Positions 1 to 11,860 of a stretch of 64,000 bases of DNA are shown here, in pieces. The position numbers and the translations under genes are program-made. Every line of letters starts with the position of its first letter. Position 1 is the stretch's first letter. Source of the DNA: Longimicrobiales bacterium. Lineage in GTDB: Bacteria; Gemmatimonadota; Gemmatimonadetes; Longimicrobiales; Gaopeijiaceae. The DNA is taken from positions 1,728,001 through 1,792,000 of the forward strand of contig CBDAON010000004.1 of the NCBI GenBank assembly GCA_965198065.1, written 5' to 3'. The notes under the pieces are model-generated. The model searched no databases, had not been told where the DNA came from, and saw only the letters and a program-made list of their open reading frames with translations.

Positions 1-2
1 AC

Positions 3-1106
3 CGGGTCCGGGTCTTTCCCGATCCCAAGACCGGCCTGTTCCAGATCGAGTGGCGCGACAACGGGCTCAGGCTCACAAGGTCGCTGAAGCACCGCGACTG
101 GAGACGGGCGAAGCGGCAGGCGGACGAGTTCGCCGCTGGCTACCTCGGGCCGGAGATCGAGGGCAAGGCCGAAGCCGAGTCCGAGCCGCTCACCCTGGAG
201 ACGCTTTTTGACATCTACGGTGAAGAGGTGACCCCGACCAAGCGTGGGCAGTCGCGGCTGCACGACAGGGCCGCGATGAGGATGTTCCTCGGTTGCTTCG
301 GCAGGGACCGGAAGCCCGCAACGCTCTCCCAACGCGACTGGGACCGGTTCATCCGGGAGCGGCGCGCGGGTAGAGCCGGCGCGAGCGGAAGCCCGGTGTC
401 CGACCGGACGATCGAACGCGACTTGAAGTTCCTGCTCGCGGTCCTCAACTGGGCCGTGAAGTCGAGGGACGAGCGGGGCGAACTGCTCCTCGGCTCGAAC
501 CCGCTCAAGGGCCTGAAGACGCCCACGGAGAAGAACCCGGTCCGGGTCGTCCTTTCTGAGGAGGAATACCAGGCGCTTCTTGAGGTGTCCCGCCCGGTCG
601 ACTGGCGGTTTCGTGTCGCGCTCGTGCTCGCGCACGAGACGGGTCACCGCATCGGCGCCATCCGCCAGCTTCGATGGTCGGACATCGACATGGAAGGCGG
701 AGTGGTGCGGTGGCGCGCAGAGCACGAGAAGTCGGGCTACGAGCACCGGACGCCGGTCACCGCCGAGGCGCTCGCCGCCTTGGAGGAGGCGCGAAAGAGG
801 AACCCCGTGACCGGACACACTCTCGTGCTGCCCTCGCCGCAGGATCCGTCGAGGTGCGTGGGCTCCTGTCAGGCGCGCGGCTGGTGGCAAAAAGCGGAGG
901 GGCTCGCGGGGCTTGAACCTAAGCCCGGCAGAGGCTGGCATTCCCTGAGGCGAAAGTTCGCCTCCGACCTCATGAACCAGCCACTCAAGGTGCTCTGCGA
1001 GTTGGGTGGCTGGAAGACGGCCAAGACGGTGCTCCAGTGCTACCAGAGGGCCGACGAGGCACAACTCAGGACGGCTCTGGAAAGCCGCCGCAGAGTTCGC
1101 GCCTGA
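3..1106 (+). CDS. Tyrosine recombinase/integrase (5' end outside window)
   Basis: Frame open from base 3; catalytic motifs HETGHRIGAI, HSLRRKFA, LGGW, C-terminal CY. Confidence 0.9.
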   Translation, partial: RVRVFPDPKTGLFQIEWRDNGLRLTRSLKHRDWRRAKRQADEFAAGYLGPEIEGKAEAESEPLTLETLFDIYGEEVTPTKRGQSRLHDRAAMRMFLGCFGRDRKPATLSQRDWDRFIRERRAGRAGASGSPVSDRTIERDLKFLLAVLNWAVKSRDERGELLLGSNPLKGLKTPTEKNPVRVVLSEEEYQALLEVSRPVDWRFRVALVLAHETGHRIGAIRQLRWSDIDMEGGVVRWRAEHEKSGYEHRTPVTAEALAALEEARKRNPVTGHTLVLPSPQDPSRCVGSCQARGWWQKAEGLAGLEPKPGRGWHSLRRKFASDLMNQPLKVLCELGGWKTAKTVLQCYQRADEAQLRTALESRRRVRA

Positions 1107-1250
1107 TCCCAATCAGCGGGAATCAGATGGCGGGAATCCGGCCAGCGAAGCCCGTAAGTTCAATAATCACATAAACATCCAAAACTGTGGGCGTTTGCCT
1201 GACCGGCCAGCCCTGCAAGCTCGCGCGTACTGCAGTGTAGTCCCTTCGAT

Positions 1251-1367
1251 ATCGGAGACCCGACCTTTGGCGACGCGATCCTCGACCTGCTCCTGAACAA
1301 TGCATACCGCATCACTCTCGAGGACGCTTCGATGAGACGGATGTACGACTCGACCTGCCCCCGGTGA
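1251..1367 (+). pseudogene. istB: IS21 IstB ATPase C-terminal relic
   Basis: Translates IGDPTFGDAILDLLLNNAYRITLEDASMRR, typical of the IstB C-terminus; cut by an IS3. Confidence 0.7.
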
Positions 1368-2632
1368 CGTGACCCCCTGAAACGGTGCAATGTTAGGATC
1401 GAGCTGGTCCGAAGCTTTTCAGCGAGGAGGTGAGGATGGGAAGGAAGCGACACACTCGGGAGCAGATCATCACTGCACTGCGGGAGGCAGAGGTCGGTCT
1501 GGCCGGCGACAAATCCGTGAAGCTGATCAAAGCCGGGAGCTCGGCATCACCGAGCAGACGTACTACCGGTGGAGGCGGGAGTACGGCGGGATGAAGGTGA
1601 GCCAGGCACGGCGCCTGAAGGAGCTCGAGCGCGAGAACGGGCGCCTGAAGCGAGCAGTGGCGGACTTGACACTGGACAAGCTGATCGTGGAGGAAGCGGC
1701 CAAGGGAAACTTCTGAGCCCCGAGGGCCGACGACGTTGTGTGGTGCGTGTACGTCAGCAGCTCGGGGCGTCGGAGAGGAGAGCGTGCCGGGTGCTCGGGC
1801 AGCCACGCACGACCCAGCGCGGGGCGAGGAGAGTGGCGAGTGACGAGGGGGCGCTCCGAGGTGATATCGTGCGACTCGCGAGTCGATTCGGCCGCTACGG
1901 CTAGCGACGCGTCACGGACACGCTCCGCATCGAGGGCTGGGGGGTGAAGCACAAGCGGGTGGAGCGGATCTGGAGGCAGGAGGGGCTGAAGGTCCCGGAG
2001 CGGCAGCCGAAGCGAGGTCGGCTGTGGCTCAACGACGGATCGTGCATCCGGCTGAGGCCGGCTGTATCGGGGCCACGTCTGGTCGTACGACTTCGTGGCC
2101 TCGAGGACGCACGACGGGCGTGCGCTGAAGCTGCTGACAGTGCTGGACGAGCACACGAGGGAGTGCCTGGCGATCGTGGTGGCTCGCAAGATCCGCTCGC
2201 ACGACGTGCTCGAGGTGCTGGCCGATCTGTTCGTCCGACACGGGCCTCCCGAGTATCTGAGGTCGGACAACGGACCGGAGTTCACCGCGAAGCCCGTGCG
2301 GCGGTGGTTGGGGCGCGTGGGCGTCGAGACGCTCTTTATCGAGCCGGGCAGCCCGTGGGAGAACGGCTACAACGAGAGCTTCAACGGCAAGCTCAGGGAC
2401 GAGCTGTTGAACGGGGAGATCTTCTGCTCGTTGGCGGAGGCGGCCGTGCTGGTCGAGCAATGGAGGCGCGAGTACGATACCGTCCGACCCCACAGCGCGC
2501 CTGCGGCGGCTTTCCCCCGGCCCCTGAGGCGATTAAGCCGTCGCCCTGGTTCCTGAGGATGCCCGTCCTTCACGGCCCTCCACAGGTGCTGGGACTAACA
2601 TAGGTTGTGGTACCGCTCTTCGGGGCAGGTCA
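1365..2632 (+). mobile_element. IS3 family (IS407 group), full length, inactivated
   Basis: TGAC...GTCA ends, CCGG 4-bp direct repeat on both sides, orfA (EQTYYRWRREYGG), GGGAAAC slippery site, DDE orfB (SDNGPEF, ESFNG); TAG stop at 1902-1904 and frameshifts. Confidence 0.95.
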
Positions 2633-2850
2633 CCGGAGCCTCGCCGGTTACCGTGACATCGCTGCCGGAAACACTCACCGTGGCAACACTCGAACGGTCC
2701 GACGTACGGCAAGCGGGCTCAGACGTTGCATGCTACTCCACATACACACGAAGCCGGGCTATGTGTGTCACCTGGTGAACAAGTGTCCGAAGGGGACGCC
2801 CGACAGAGAGCTCGTTGCCGTAGGTCACATCCTGCCAGATTCCCTCCAGG

Positions 2851-3435
2851 TCAAACAGAGTCGATGCGCCAGGTATCGGTCCCCGGAATCCGGCTGGCAC
2901 TGAAGTTGTTGATCGTGATTCCCGTCCCCGCCGTGATAAAACCAAGCCGACCTTGGCCGGTGGACAGAACCTCGAAACGATCGGAGCCGACGGTGCACGA
3001 CTCCCCTGGGCTCAGCACCTGTCCCACCTCGCACGCACCGGCGGACGTAGTTGCGGCAGCTACCGTGATCCCGAAGCGGATAGTGGATCTGTCGCCGTCA
3101 GCATCGGTTACTGTGTAGGCGTATTCGGCGCGCGGTTGAGGAGCCGTTGGCGTACCGCTGATCGTGCGAGTGGTCGGGCTAAATGTCAGCCCGCCCGGGA
3201 GCGCCGGCGTGACGCTGTAGGTCAGCGGCGGGTTTCCCCCGGACGCGGCCGGAAGGGTTACGTTCACTGCCTCGCCGACGGTGAACTGTTCTCCGGGGTC
3301 GGTCGTCAGCGAATGGCCCGCCGTGAAAGAGGGCGAGACATCGTCAGGTCCTACGACACCGCCGTCGCCACCACCGCACCCAACGGCAGCTAGCACTAAG
3401 ATGGGAGCGCCGAGCAGACGTCGAGGTATGGCCAT
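2851..3435 (-). CDS. Lipoprotein with putative Ig-like (He_PIG-type) domain
   Basis: AGGAGG RBS, lipobox AVGC, LPGGLTFSPTTRTISGTP motif. Confidence 0.75.
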   Translation of the reverse strand: MAIPRRLLGAPILVLAAVGCGGGDGGVVGPDDVSPSFTAGHSLTTDPGEQFTVGEAVNVTLPAASGGNPPLTYSVTPALPGGLTFSPTTRTISGTPTAPQPRAEYAYTVTDADGDRSTIRFGITVAAATTSAGACEVGQVLSPGESCTVGSDRFEVLSTGQGRLGFITAGTGITINNFSASRIPGTDTWRIDSV

Positions 3436-3825
3436 GAGGGGGTGCCTCCTGGTGTCGTTGGGGCCCAAGAACTTCGCTAGCCTACGGCCAGCTCAGACAC
3501 GGCGCATCACAGAGCACTCCCGATGCTAGCCGAAGGTCCGTGAGGAGCAACAGAAAAGTCGTGGCTCCGGAGGTCCCGAGCCGCTAGGCTCGGGTAGGCA
3601 GAAACCCCCAACACGGAGCCACCATGATGACGGTAACCTACGAGGTGGCGGACCGGGCGCACCAGGGGGCCAGCACCCCCGACAGCCGAATCACGGCTCG
3701 GTCACGACTCATGGAGTTCGTTCTCGTGTGCCGCCGAGAGGCCTAGGGAACTGAGAGCGCTCCCGCCCTCGCCGACCCGCCTGTTGAGCCCGTGAGGACG
3801 CGAGCGGCAGGTCGGCAACGAGCAG

Positions 3826-5226
3826 TCACACCGCCAACCATCCCGGCACGCCGGAGCCGGCCGCGAAACGGCGCACCATCCGTCTCGGCGAGATCGCCAC
3901 GGCCGCGCCGGAGCTCTCTCCCGTCACCGCCGGATCGATCTCCGAGGCAGCCCGCAGGCCCGACTGGAGGGCTCCCTGCATCCACCCCCGCTCCCCCGAG
4001 GCGTGCTCACCAGCGAAGTGAATGCGGCCCTCGGGTGATGCCAGCTCCGGATGCTCCTCGAACGGCGGATCGTAAGAGGCGAAGGCCGCCCCAATCCAAG
4101 GCTGGTGCTCCCACGCGAAGTAGGTCCCGCCCTCCGCGACTTCGCGCGAGCCCGGGAAGAAGCCGTCGAAGCGATCGATGAACTCGGGAACGATGGTGCC
4201 GGGCTCCATCGCCGCGACCGTGCGCGCCATGTCTCCGTACAGGTAGGACATGAGAAGTCCCCGAGGCCCCTCCTGGTTCCAGGTGGGATGCCAGAACTCC
4301 CAGAAATCCTCCACTAACGACAGTCCCCACCCGTTCAGGCCGTGGCCCTCCCAGATTCGGTCCGCATACTGAACGTAGACCCGGGTGACGTCCTCGTAGG
4401 GAAGGGCTTCGAAGGCCGCTCGCTTCTCCTCCGAAAGGGTGGGTTCGAACACGATCTGGTCGATCACGGGGAGGGGGACGGTGCAGATGAGGTAACTGCC
4501 CTTCAGCTCCTCCGTGGAGGCGCCCGTTCCGTTGGTGACCAGCACCCCGGAGTCCTCCTGGACGACCCTCGTCACTGGCGAGCCATACCGCACACGGTCT
4601 CCGAGCGCTTCGGCGAACGCCATCGGCAGGACATCGGTCCCTTCCGGCATCTTGATCCACGTATCCCGCCCCTCTCTGAGGAACATGTCCGGAGTCTCCC
4701 TGAGGGGATCGTCACCCTGCGCGAGAACGATCAGGTACTCACCTTCCTGGGGATAGAACGGCGACGTCTTGATGCCGAAGTGATCGATGTAGCCGAGCGT
4801 TCGATCGTGGTCGGGTGGGATCCGGGCGGGGCCAGTTTCGGCGATTAGCCCATCATCGAAGGGTTCGCGAAGTGTCCGCGCCCGGCCACCGGCTTCGTTT
4901 CGTGCTTCCAGGACCCTGACGTTGTACCCCGCCCGGACCAACTCGTATGCGGCGACGAGCCCGGACAGACCGGCACCCACCACGATCACGTCGACTGACT
5001 GCTCTTCGACGTCAGCGCCGTTCCTGCCGTCCCCAATGTCGCTCGGTCCCGTCCCGTTGTCCGAGCAGCCAGTGGATCCCAGGGAGAGAGCGGCCAGAGC
5101 GCCACCACCCTGGAGGAGAAAGTTCCGGCGGCTGACAATTCGCAAGGCACCCCGTCGCACGATCCGTGCATCGCCCGATCCGGAGGAGGGCAACGGAACA
5201 GCCCTGGTTATCATTGTCTCTTCCAT
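3826..5226 (-). CDS. Flavin monoamine oxidase/L-amino-acid oxidase family, Tat lipoprotein
   Basis: SRRNFL Tat motif, STGC lipobox, GAGLSG...LEAR..GGR FAD motif, FAGEH..GWMQGA. Confidence 0.9.
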   Translation of the reverse strand: MEETMITRAVPLPSSGSGDARIVRRGALRIVSRRNFLLQGGGALAALSLGSTGCSDNGTGPSDIGDGRNGADVEEQSVDVIVVGAGLSGLVAAYELVRAGYNVRVLEARNEAGGRARTLREPFDDGLIAETGPARIPPDHDRTLGYIDHFGIKTSPFYPQEGEYLIVLAQGDDPLRETPDMFLREGRDTWIKMPEGTDVLPMAFAEALGDRVRYGSPVTRVVQEDSGVLVTNGTGASTEELKGSYLICTVPLPVIDQIVFEPTLSEEKRAAFEALPYEDVTRVYVQYADRIWEGHGLNGWGLSLVEDFWEFWHPTWNQEGPRGLLMSYLYGDMARTVAAMEPGTIVPEFIDRFDGFFPGSREVAEGGTYFAWEHQPWIGAAFASYDPPFEEHPELASPEGRIHFAGEHASGERGWMQGALQSGLRAASEIDPAVTGESSGAAVAISPRRMVRRFAAGSGVPGWLAV

Positions 5227-5345
5227 GTCGCTTCATCCGGTTCAGATGAGACCTACCGTCCCAACCGCTGCTTCGCTGCCAGGTTCCCTCCAGGTCACGA
5301 AACAGCTTCGATGCGCCGTCGGACTCTTTCTCCCGTTTTACCCCG

Positions 5346-6431
5346 TCAAGGAGTTTGAGGGAGGATCGTCTCGCCGTTCCAGTTATCGGGAAACGGCTGG
5401 TATTCATCCTGCGAGTAGGGGCGCTCCGGAAGCAAGCCGCGCCTGCTAGGCGCCCTGGCCACGCTGGTGCTCGGGCCTTCCAGGTAGTCTATGAAATCCC
5501 AGATCTCGTCGGCCCGGACACCGAAGTTCAGACTGCCCAGGCCAATCTTAACCAATTTTCCATCGACGTTGCGCACCTCGGTTTTGATGCCCGCGTGATT
5601 TATGGCGACGAGTCGGCCGTCGTGGTCGAAGACCGGGCTGCCGCTCGTTCCCCCAGTTGTATCGAAGTTGTACTGGACCTCGACGTGCCGCGAGCCGTCC
5701 GAGTCGATCAACCGTAGGGCGCTGATAACTCCGTCCTTGAAGGTCGGGGTTGCTATCCTGTTTGAGTCACCCCCCGTGGACCGCATCTCTCCCGGAAAGC
5801 CCAGGGTGCCGATGGGCTGACCCACGACAAGCGCCCCGGCCATTCGTCGAGGCAGAAGGTCCAGGCCGACGGAAAGCGTGCCGTCTATCTCCAGGATCCC
5901 TATGTCCGGTGAATCAATCGTTCCGTCGTAATCCGGATGTATCCAGGTCTGATCGAGAATGACGTAGCTGTGGCGTCCGCCCAGAGGCGTGCCGGCCCGG
6001 ACGATCTTGGGCTCCGGATCCAGGGAAGCGAAATCCTCGACAGCCTCTGCCAGGCCGTCTACGCAGTGGGCGTTCGTCCAGAGAGTATTAGTGTAATAGG
6101 CGGCGAATCCGGTGCAGATCGACACGTAGTACCGTCTTTCATCGCGTGGGCTGGTATACGATAATCCTACGACATAGGTGGCCTCGTCGATGCGCGCCTC
6201 GGCGATCACATCCGCCCAGTTCAGAGGATCGCCCTGAGGTCCCTGTGGGCCTCCTGGACCCTGTGGGCCATCCGGCCCCGTGGGACCCTGTGGCCCTCCC
6301 GGACCTTCAGGCCCTCCGACCCCCTGCAATCCCTGCGGTCCCTGCGGTCCCTGTGGACCCACGGGTCCGGTATCGCCGGTGCAAGCGGCGATCGACAGTA
6401 AAACGAGTCCAACGATCAGGTGATGGCGCAT
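5346..6431 (-). CDS. Lipoprotein: collagen-like repeat fused to trypsin-like serine protease
   Basis: Lipobox IAAC, 17 G-X-Y triplets, TNAHCV (His), DIG (Asp), GTSGSP (Ser). Confidence 0.9.
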   Translation of the reverse strand: MRHHLIVGLVLLSIAACTGDTGPVGPQGPQGPQGLQGVGGPEGPGGPQGPTGPDGPQGPGGPQGPQGDPLNWADVIAEARIDEATYVVGLSYTSPRDERRYYVSICTGFAAYYTNTLWTNAHCVDGLAEAVEDFASLDPEPKIVRAGTPLGGRHSYVILDQTWIHPDYDGTIDSPDIGILEIDGTLSVGLDLLPRRMAGALVVGQPIGTLGFPGEMRSTGGDSNRIATPTFKDGVISALRLIDSDGSRHVEVQYNFDTTGGTSGSPVFDHDGRLVAINHAGIKTEVRNVDGKLVKIGLGSLNFGVRADEIWDFIDYLEGPSTSVARAPSRRGLLPERPYSQDEYQPFPDNWNGETILPQTP

Positions 6432-6719
6432 CGGGCGGATCCCCTCTTTAAGGGTTCTTCCCGACTTTTCCCTAGGCCGCCGGGACAGCCTAACATGGAC
6501 CGGGTGTTTGGCGACGGTTCCGCCTATTTCCCCAAAGGCAAGGGGTGTTGTATTCAGCGGGTGACCCGACGTCAAAGGACGACGGACCGGGTGGTTTTTG
6601 GCGTAGACCGAGGGATAGGTACTGCGGGATCGTGCGTCAAACTTGCTTGATGCTCCCCCAGCCGATCTATTGGCCGCAGGTGATATGACCCCCAGACCCC
6701 ATACCGGAGGGCCAGCCTA

Positions 6720-6860
6720 ATGACCGAGAAACCCGAGAATCCCGAGACGTTAGCGGATGAGGTTCACCGGATCGTTCAGGACAAGACGCCGGAGGACGTG
6801 GTGCGCCAGATGATGCAGCCGCCCCCGAAGGGCAACGGTCCCGTCAAGAATTCTGTATAA
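6720..6860 (+). CDS. Small 46-aa protein, possibly an IS1595-associated small ORF
   Basis: GGAGG RBS; MTEKPENPETLADEVHRIVQDKTPEDVVRQMMQPPPK...; followed by ...TATAATCCC resembling an IS end. Confidence 0.4.
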   Translation: MTEKPENPETLADEVHRIVQDKTPEDVVRQMMQPPPKGNGPVKNSV

Positions 6861-7526
6861 TCCCCTTACGTTTCCCCGGAAGAACGATGTCTCCGTAGTG
6901 GCGGCCACCTACTGACCCAAGGCCAGCACCTCCCCAGAGCCAATTCTCCCTTCGGCTTTTGGACCATCGCGTCCTTATCTCTCTGGGACCCCCCCTATGC
7001 AGGCGATAAACGCGTTCGATCCCGGCGTTTACGGGCAGCCTCCAGGGTTCGTCGAATGGTTGCCCGGAGCCAATCCGGGGCCGCCATGCCGTCCGCCTCG
7101 GCGGCGCGTTCCACCGCTGCCCTCGTTCCGCCAGCAGGCCGCCAATGAATCCAAAGCTCAAGCGAAGCGCCGGGAAGCCGTGGGCTTCGCGCTTGCAGCC
7201 GTCATGAAGAGATGTCATGCTACGACGCTCTGAGGCCGCCGCGCTCCGGCGGGCGGCGGCCCAAAAGGGCCGTGACCGCTCGCGGTGGCTGGACTCACCA
7301 ACCTATGAACATATCACCCGACCAGCCTCAGTAATCTGAGGAGCCAGCCTCGAGAATCTGCGCTCATTTTGCCCAATATCGGATCCGTACAAGGGTTTTT
7401 TGAGCATAGGTGGGCATGGGACAGTTGGCACAGGAATTGCATAGAGTGGAAGTGGATTAGTTCGGGGCGCCTCCAGATGGGACCGGGACGTTCCACATTT
7501 TACCAATTGAAGGAGGAGGCTCGAAA

Positions 7527-10343
7527 GTGAGAAATCGTTTCCTAATGGTCGGGCTTCTGGCGATTGGGGTGGCTGCGTGTGGTGACGATGTACAGGTCAT
7601 CGAGTCTGGGCCGCCTCCGCCGCCCCCGCTCACGGCCGTGATGGCTCCTTCTTCACAAACAGTCCCCGTAGGAGGTGCCGTTGCCTTCGTCGTCAGCGTT
7701 TCGGGTGGGGCGGCGGGCGAGGCTAGCTGGACCTGTGCCTCGTCGGATCCGAGCAAGGCGACAGTGAGTAACACCCCAGTGGGCTGCGCAGTAACGGCTG
7801 TCGCGGCAGGCGGAGTGACGATTACCGCCACCGTGACGAAGGGTGGAGAGACCTTCAACGTGGGCGCTGGGCTCACGGTACTCGAGGACATGGCTGATGA
7901 TGCCGCCCTGTCCCTCTCCTCGATCACGGACGGTGACATGGACGACGAGTACCTGAGCGGCAGGGTAAGCGTCACGCTCAATGTCGAGCGTGGCGACCAG
8001 GTGCTCATGCAGTTGTCCTTGCTCGTGGACGGGGTGGTGGTCGATATCGAGCGTTTGGGCGGCGCCTCGGCAGTGGCGGCCCCGGAAGACGGACCGGCCG
8101 CGCAGGCCGTCGTCGCCCACATCCTGTCGTTTAGATCGGACGCGTACAATGCGGTCACAGGTGAGCCGAAATACCTGAACGTTGAGCACACGATCTCGGG
8201 AGAGCTCATGGTTGCGGGTAGGGACGAGCCCATCGAGTCGTTCGGCCGTACTGTGGAATTCAATAATCCAGCCAACGTTCACGTGGCTCTGAGCGGCTTG
8301 GGTAGCGGGGCTATGAACGCGAGTACCGGACAGCTGTGGTACGGTGGCCCGGGCGCGGATCTCACAATCACGGCCGTGCCGGTCAAGTATACGCCAGGGG
8401 CCGTCGAGTCGGTGACGCTCCTGGCGGGGATCTGCGGCTCCGCCATCATGACGGACAGCGATGCCCCTTACGAGTTCAAGCCGGGTTGCAAGGAAGAGGA
8501 CACGGTCATGGCCGCGAATTTCCGCCTGTCTTCAGGCGGCCAGAGCATCGACGTGGTCGTGAACGAAGGCAGCGTCTTCCCGGTTCGTCTGGACTATACA
8601 GGCCCGGACGCGCCGCACTTCAAGGTGAACCCCAACAAGCGTGAGGACGGTTGGATCAACGCGGCCGTGGACTTCGTGGGCGAGAGTGGGTCCGGCAGCA
8701 AGAAAGACGGGTGGCTCGTTTACAACGATGAAGATGCCTCCGCTGGTGTCGGAGGGTATACGCCCCAGCTGAGGTTCAACTTTGCCGATTCGGATAAGGA
8801 AGTGGGCGTGGCGCTCGCGGTACCTCCCTCGCAGAATCCGGTTTTGCCGCCGGATTTGATCGGTTCGTCGTCGAAGAAGGATGCGCTCTGCGTCGTGGTT
8901 TCCGCCGTGGACCTCCTCGGAAACGAGTCCAAGCTCCCGAAGGCCGATGCTGACTGCGTGAAGGCTGCCGACTACTCTGAGACGGATGAAGACGGCGCGA
9001 CCACCTACGCAGCAGGACTCCTGGCCGGAGTGGATACGAAGGTGCCGACAATCAGATTCACGGCCACTAGCCCGAAGGCAGATGCTACTACCGTGCGGAA
9101 TTTTCAGGTACATGTGGCGGACGAGGATTCCGGCATTCGGGATCTTGAGCCTGTAAGCGCGGAGGCTGAGGTTCGAGATGCGAAAGGAACGGACGAGATA
9201 GACCCTCTGGGTCTCGACATCTCGCTGCCTCTGGCGACCACGACGGGCTTTCAAACTGGCGGCATGGGCTACCACACCTTTGCGGCAAAGACGGTGGATA
9301 AGGCAGGCAATAGCTCTGAGGAGATCGTGAGAACGGCCCTCAGGGACACTGAGATACCGGTGACGAACACAATCGTTGGCGACTATAATGATAAGACCGC
9401 TACCTATTCTCTCATCGCGACGGTGACGGACAATCTCTCGATCAAGGAGTACTGGGCGGAGATGCGATTTACCGGCCTCCAGATTGGTGATCTCACGATT
9501 CCCAATAACCTATTCCTGCCGAGGGAAGGTGGTGTGGCAGTCGACGCCTTTAATGCGCCGACGCTGACGCAAGCTACCCTCGCGTCGTCCTTCACGGCGC
9601 AGACCTACCGAGCCATCCAGACGAGTGCGACAAACATTACGAACCTCTCTTCGATCGGGGTCTTCGCTCGTGACAACGCCGACGGAGTGAGTGCGGGAGC
9701 CTTGCTTGCTGGACCAGGGGTCACTGTCGCCCCGGGCCTGGAGATCGCCGCTGGATTCGATCTCACGGCTGATGCGATAGATGAGGGCACCGAGGATGAT
9801 CCTGGTGCGGCATCAGCAGACGACAGCAAGATCTTCACGAGCTTGACTGCGGATTCTACTTCAGTGGCAGGTGGAGTGGTCACGCTCGAGGCATGGGCCA
9901 CGGGGCCTCTGGGATTCTTAGCACCGATCTCACCGGTCGCAGACGATCCTACCACCGACGCAGACGAAGCGGTTGTCGGAGTGGCTGGCATGCAGGGGCT
10001 TAGGGACAACCCGATTTCGCGCGTGGATTTCTACGCTGCTGTTGCCACGGATGGTGGAAACGGCAGGGAAGCACTCAAGTTCATCGGTTCGGTGAGCGGT
10101 GCTTCCGCCGGCGCAATAGACTACGATGGCAATAGAGATGGCAATGCTGCTACCACCGACAACGACTCGCGTTCATTCATCTACTCCCTGGAGATGAGCG
10201 AGGCCGAATTCTTGGCAATCGTCGGAGGAGAAGACGATTACGGTACTGAGGAGGACGAGGGAGCGATCGTTGCCTTCGCTGTGAAGGACAACAAGGGCGT
10301 GGCCTTGGCTTCGGATGCATTTGGGTTGATAGTTGAGGAGTAG
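7527..10343 (+). CDS. Large surface lipoprotein (Ig-like domains, S-layer-like), 938 aa
   Basis: AAGGAGG RBS, lipobox VAAC, proline linker, WTCASSDPSKATV Ig-like segment, acidic A/G/T/D-rich composition. Confidence 0.8.
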   Translation: MRNRFLMVGLLAIGVAACGDDVQVIESGPPPPPPLTAVMAPSSQTVPVGGAVAFVVSVSGGAAGEASWTCASSDPSKATVSNTPVGCAVTAVAAGGVTITATVTKGGETFNVGAGLTVLEDMADDAALSLSSITDGDMDDEYLSGRVSVTLNVERGDQVLMQLSLLVDGVVVDIERLGGASAVAAPEDGPAAQAVVAHILSFRSDAYNAVTGEPKYLNVEHTISGELMVAGRDEPIESFGRTVEFNNPANVHVALSGLGSGAMNASTGQLWYGGPGADLTITAVPVKYTPGAVESVTLLAGICGSAIMTDSDAPYEFKPGCKEEDTVMAANFRLSSGGQSIDVVVNEGSVFPVRLDYTGPDAPHFKVNPNKREDGWINAAVDFVGESGSGSKKDGWLVYNDEDASAGVGGYTPQLRFNFADSDKEVGVALAVPPSQNPVLPPDLIGSSSKKDALCVVVSAVDLLGNESKLPKADADCVKAADYSETDEDGATTYAAGLLAGVDTKVPTIRFTATSPKADATTVRNFQVHVADEDSGIRDLEPVSAEAEVRDAKGTDEIDPLGLDISLPLATTTGFQTGGMGYHTFAAKTVDKAGNSSEEIVRTALRDTEIPVTNTIVGDYNDKTATYSLIATVTDNLSIKEYWAEMRFTGLQIGDLTIPNNLFLPREGGVAVDAFNAPTLTQATLASSFTAQTYRAIQTSATNITNLSSIGVFARDNADGVSAGALLAGPGVTVAPGLEIAAGFDLTADAIDEGTEDDPGAASADDSKIFTSLTADSTSVAGGVVTLEAWATGPLGFLAPISPVADDPTTDADEAVVGVAGMQGLRDNPISRVDFYAAVATDGGNGREALKFIGSVSGASAGAIDYDGNRDGNAATTDNDSRSFIYSLEMSEAEFLAIVGGEDDYGTEEDEGAIVAFAVKDNKGVALASDAFGLIVEE

Positions 10344-10385
10344 ACCGTAGGATTCGGAGTACGGCTTCGCCGTCTCCGAGGAGTG

Positions 10386-10420
10386 AGGGGCGGTCCGGCT
10401 GTGCCGGACCGCCCCTTTGT
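10386..10420 (+). terminator. Rho-independent terminator
   Basis: AGGGGCGGTCCGGC-TGT-GCCGGACCGCCCCT stem followed by T-rich tail. Confidence 0.8.
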
Positions 10421-10604
10421 CTTGTGTGTGCCAGGCATGCCGGGGGATATCGAGGCAGGTAAACCCTTCGATAATCGTTGCTTACCTGAACGACTATCTG
10501 TCGCTTCGGGACTACTCGGGACTACTATGTGACGGCCAACTTCGCAGGTGGCATTAGCTTGGGGATGGTGCCTCCCACGCCAATGGATGCTTTCAATGCC
10601 AATC

Positions 10605-11860
10605 TGACGTGCCCCCAGTGGCGGTACCACTTCCTATGTTAGACCTGGGGCCATCGTGGGTCCGTGGAGCTGAGGCATCCGAAGGAACCAAGGCGATGGC
10701 TTAATCGCCTCCGGGGCGGGGGGTCGCCCACCCGAGGCGCTGTGGGGTCGGACAGTATTGTACAGCCGCCTCCATACTGCTCGACGAGGATGACGGCCTC
10801 GGGGAGTGTGTAGAAGATCTCCCCGTTCAGGAACTCGTCCCTCAGCTTGCCGTTGAAGCTCTCGTTGTAGCCGTTCTCCCAGGGACTGCCGGGCTCGATG
10901 TAGAGCGTCTGGACACCGAGCCTGGCTAGCCACTGCCGCACGAGCTTGGCCGTGAACTCCGGACCGTTGTCCGAACGTAGATGCTCGGGCGGCCCGTGCC
11001 GTGCGAAGAGATCGGCCAGCACCTCGAGCACGTCATGGGCTCGGATCTTCCGAGCCACCTTGATCGCCATACACTGCCTCGTGGACTCGTCGAGTACGGT
11101 CAGCAGCTTCAGAGGCCGACCGTCGTGCGTCCGCGTGTTCACGAAGTCGTAGGACCAGACATGATTCTTATGCAGCGGTCTCAGCCGGATGCACGAGCCA
11201 TCATTCAGCCACAGCCGACCCCGTTTCGGCTGCCTTCTGGGCACTTTTAGCCCCTCCTCGCGCCAGATCCGCTCCACACGCTTGTGATTGACCCGCCAGC
11301 CCTCGATCCGCAGCAGGTTCGTGATCTGGCGGTACCCGTAGCGGCCGAACCGGCTCGCTAACCGCACCACGTCCGAGCGAAGCGCCGCCTCGTCGGCCTG
11401 CACCTTCCGCGCCGACGATGCTGCGTCGACCGTGACTGGCCCAGCACCCGGCACGCATGCCGCTCACTCGCCCCGAGCCGCTGGCGCACATGCACCACCG
11501 CCCTGCGTCTTCGCTCGGGGCTCAGAAGTTTCCCTTCGCCGCTTCCTCTTCGCCACCGCTCGCTTCAGCCGTGCATTCTCCTGCTCGAGCTCCTTCACGT
11601 GGCGTGCCTGGTCCACCTTCATCCCCCCGAACTCCTTCCGCCACCGGTAGTACGTCTAGTACGTCTGCTCGCTGATCCCCAGCTGGCGTCCCACCTCGCC
11701 CACCGTCTTCCCGTTCGCTAGTGTAACTTCCGCCTCCCGAAGTGCCGTGATGATCTGCTCCGGGGTATGCCTCCTCCTGCCCATGCTGACCTCCCTCTAG
11801 CTGGGACCAGGTGCCCGGATCCTAACATCCGCCCTAGTCTCGTTTCAGGGCGTCACGTCA
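10605..11860 (-). mobile_element. IS3 family (IS407 group), degenerate
   Basis: TGACGTG terminal IRs; orfB 10639-11454 with DDE motifs; orfA disrupted. Confidence 0.92.

Noticed and set aside
3540..3750. Possible IS1380-like relic
   Set aside because: Too short and degenerate; no IR pair or catalytic motif identified
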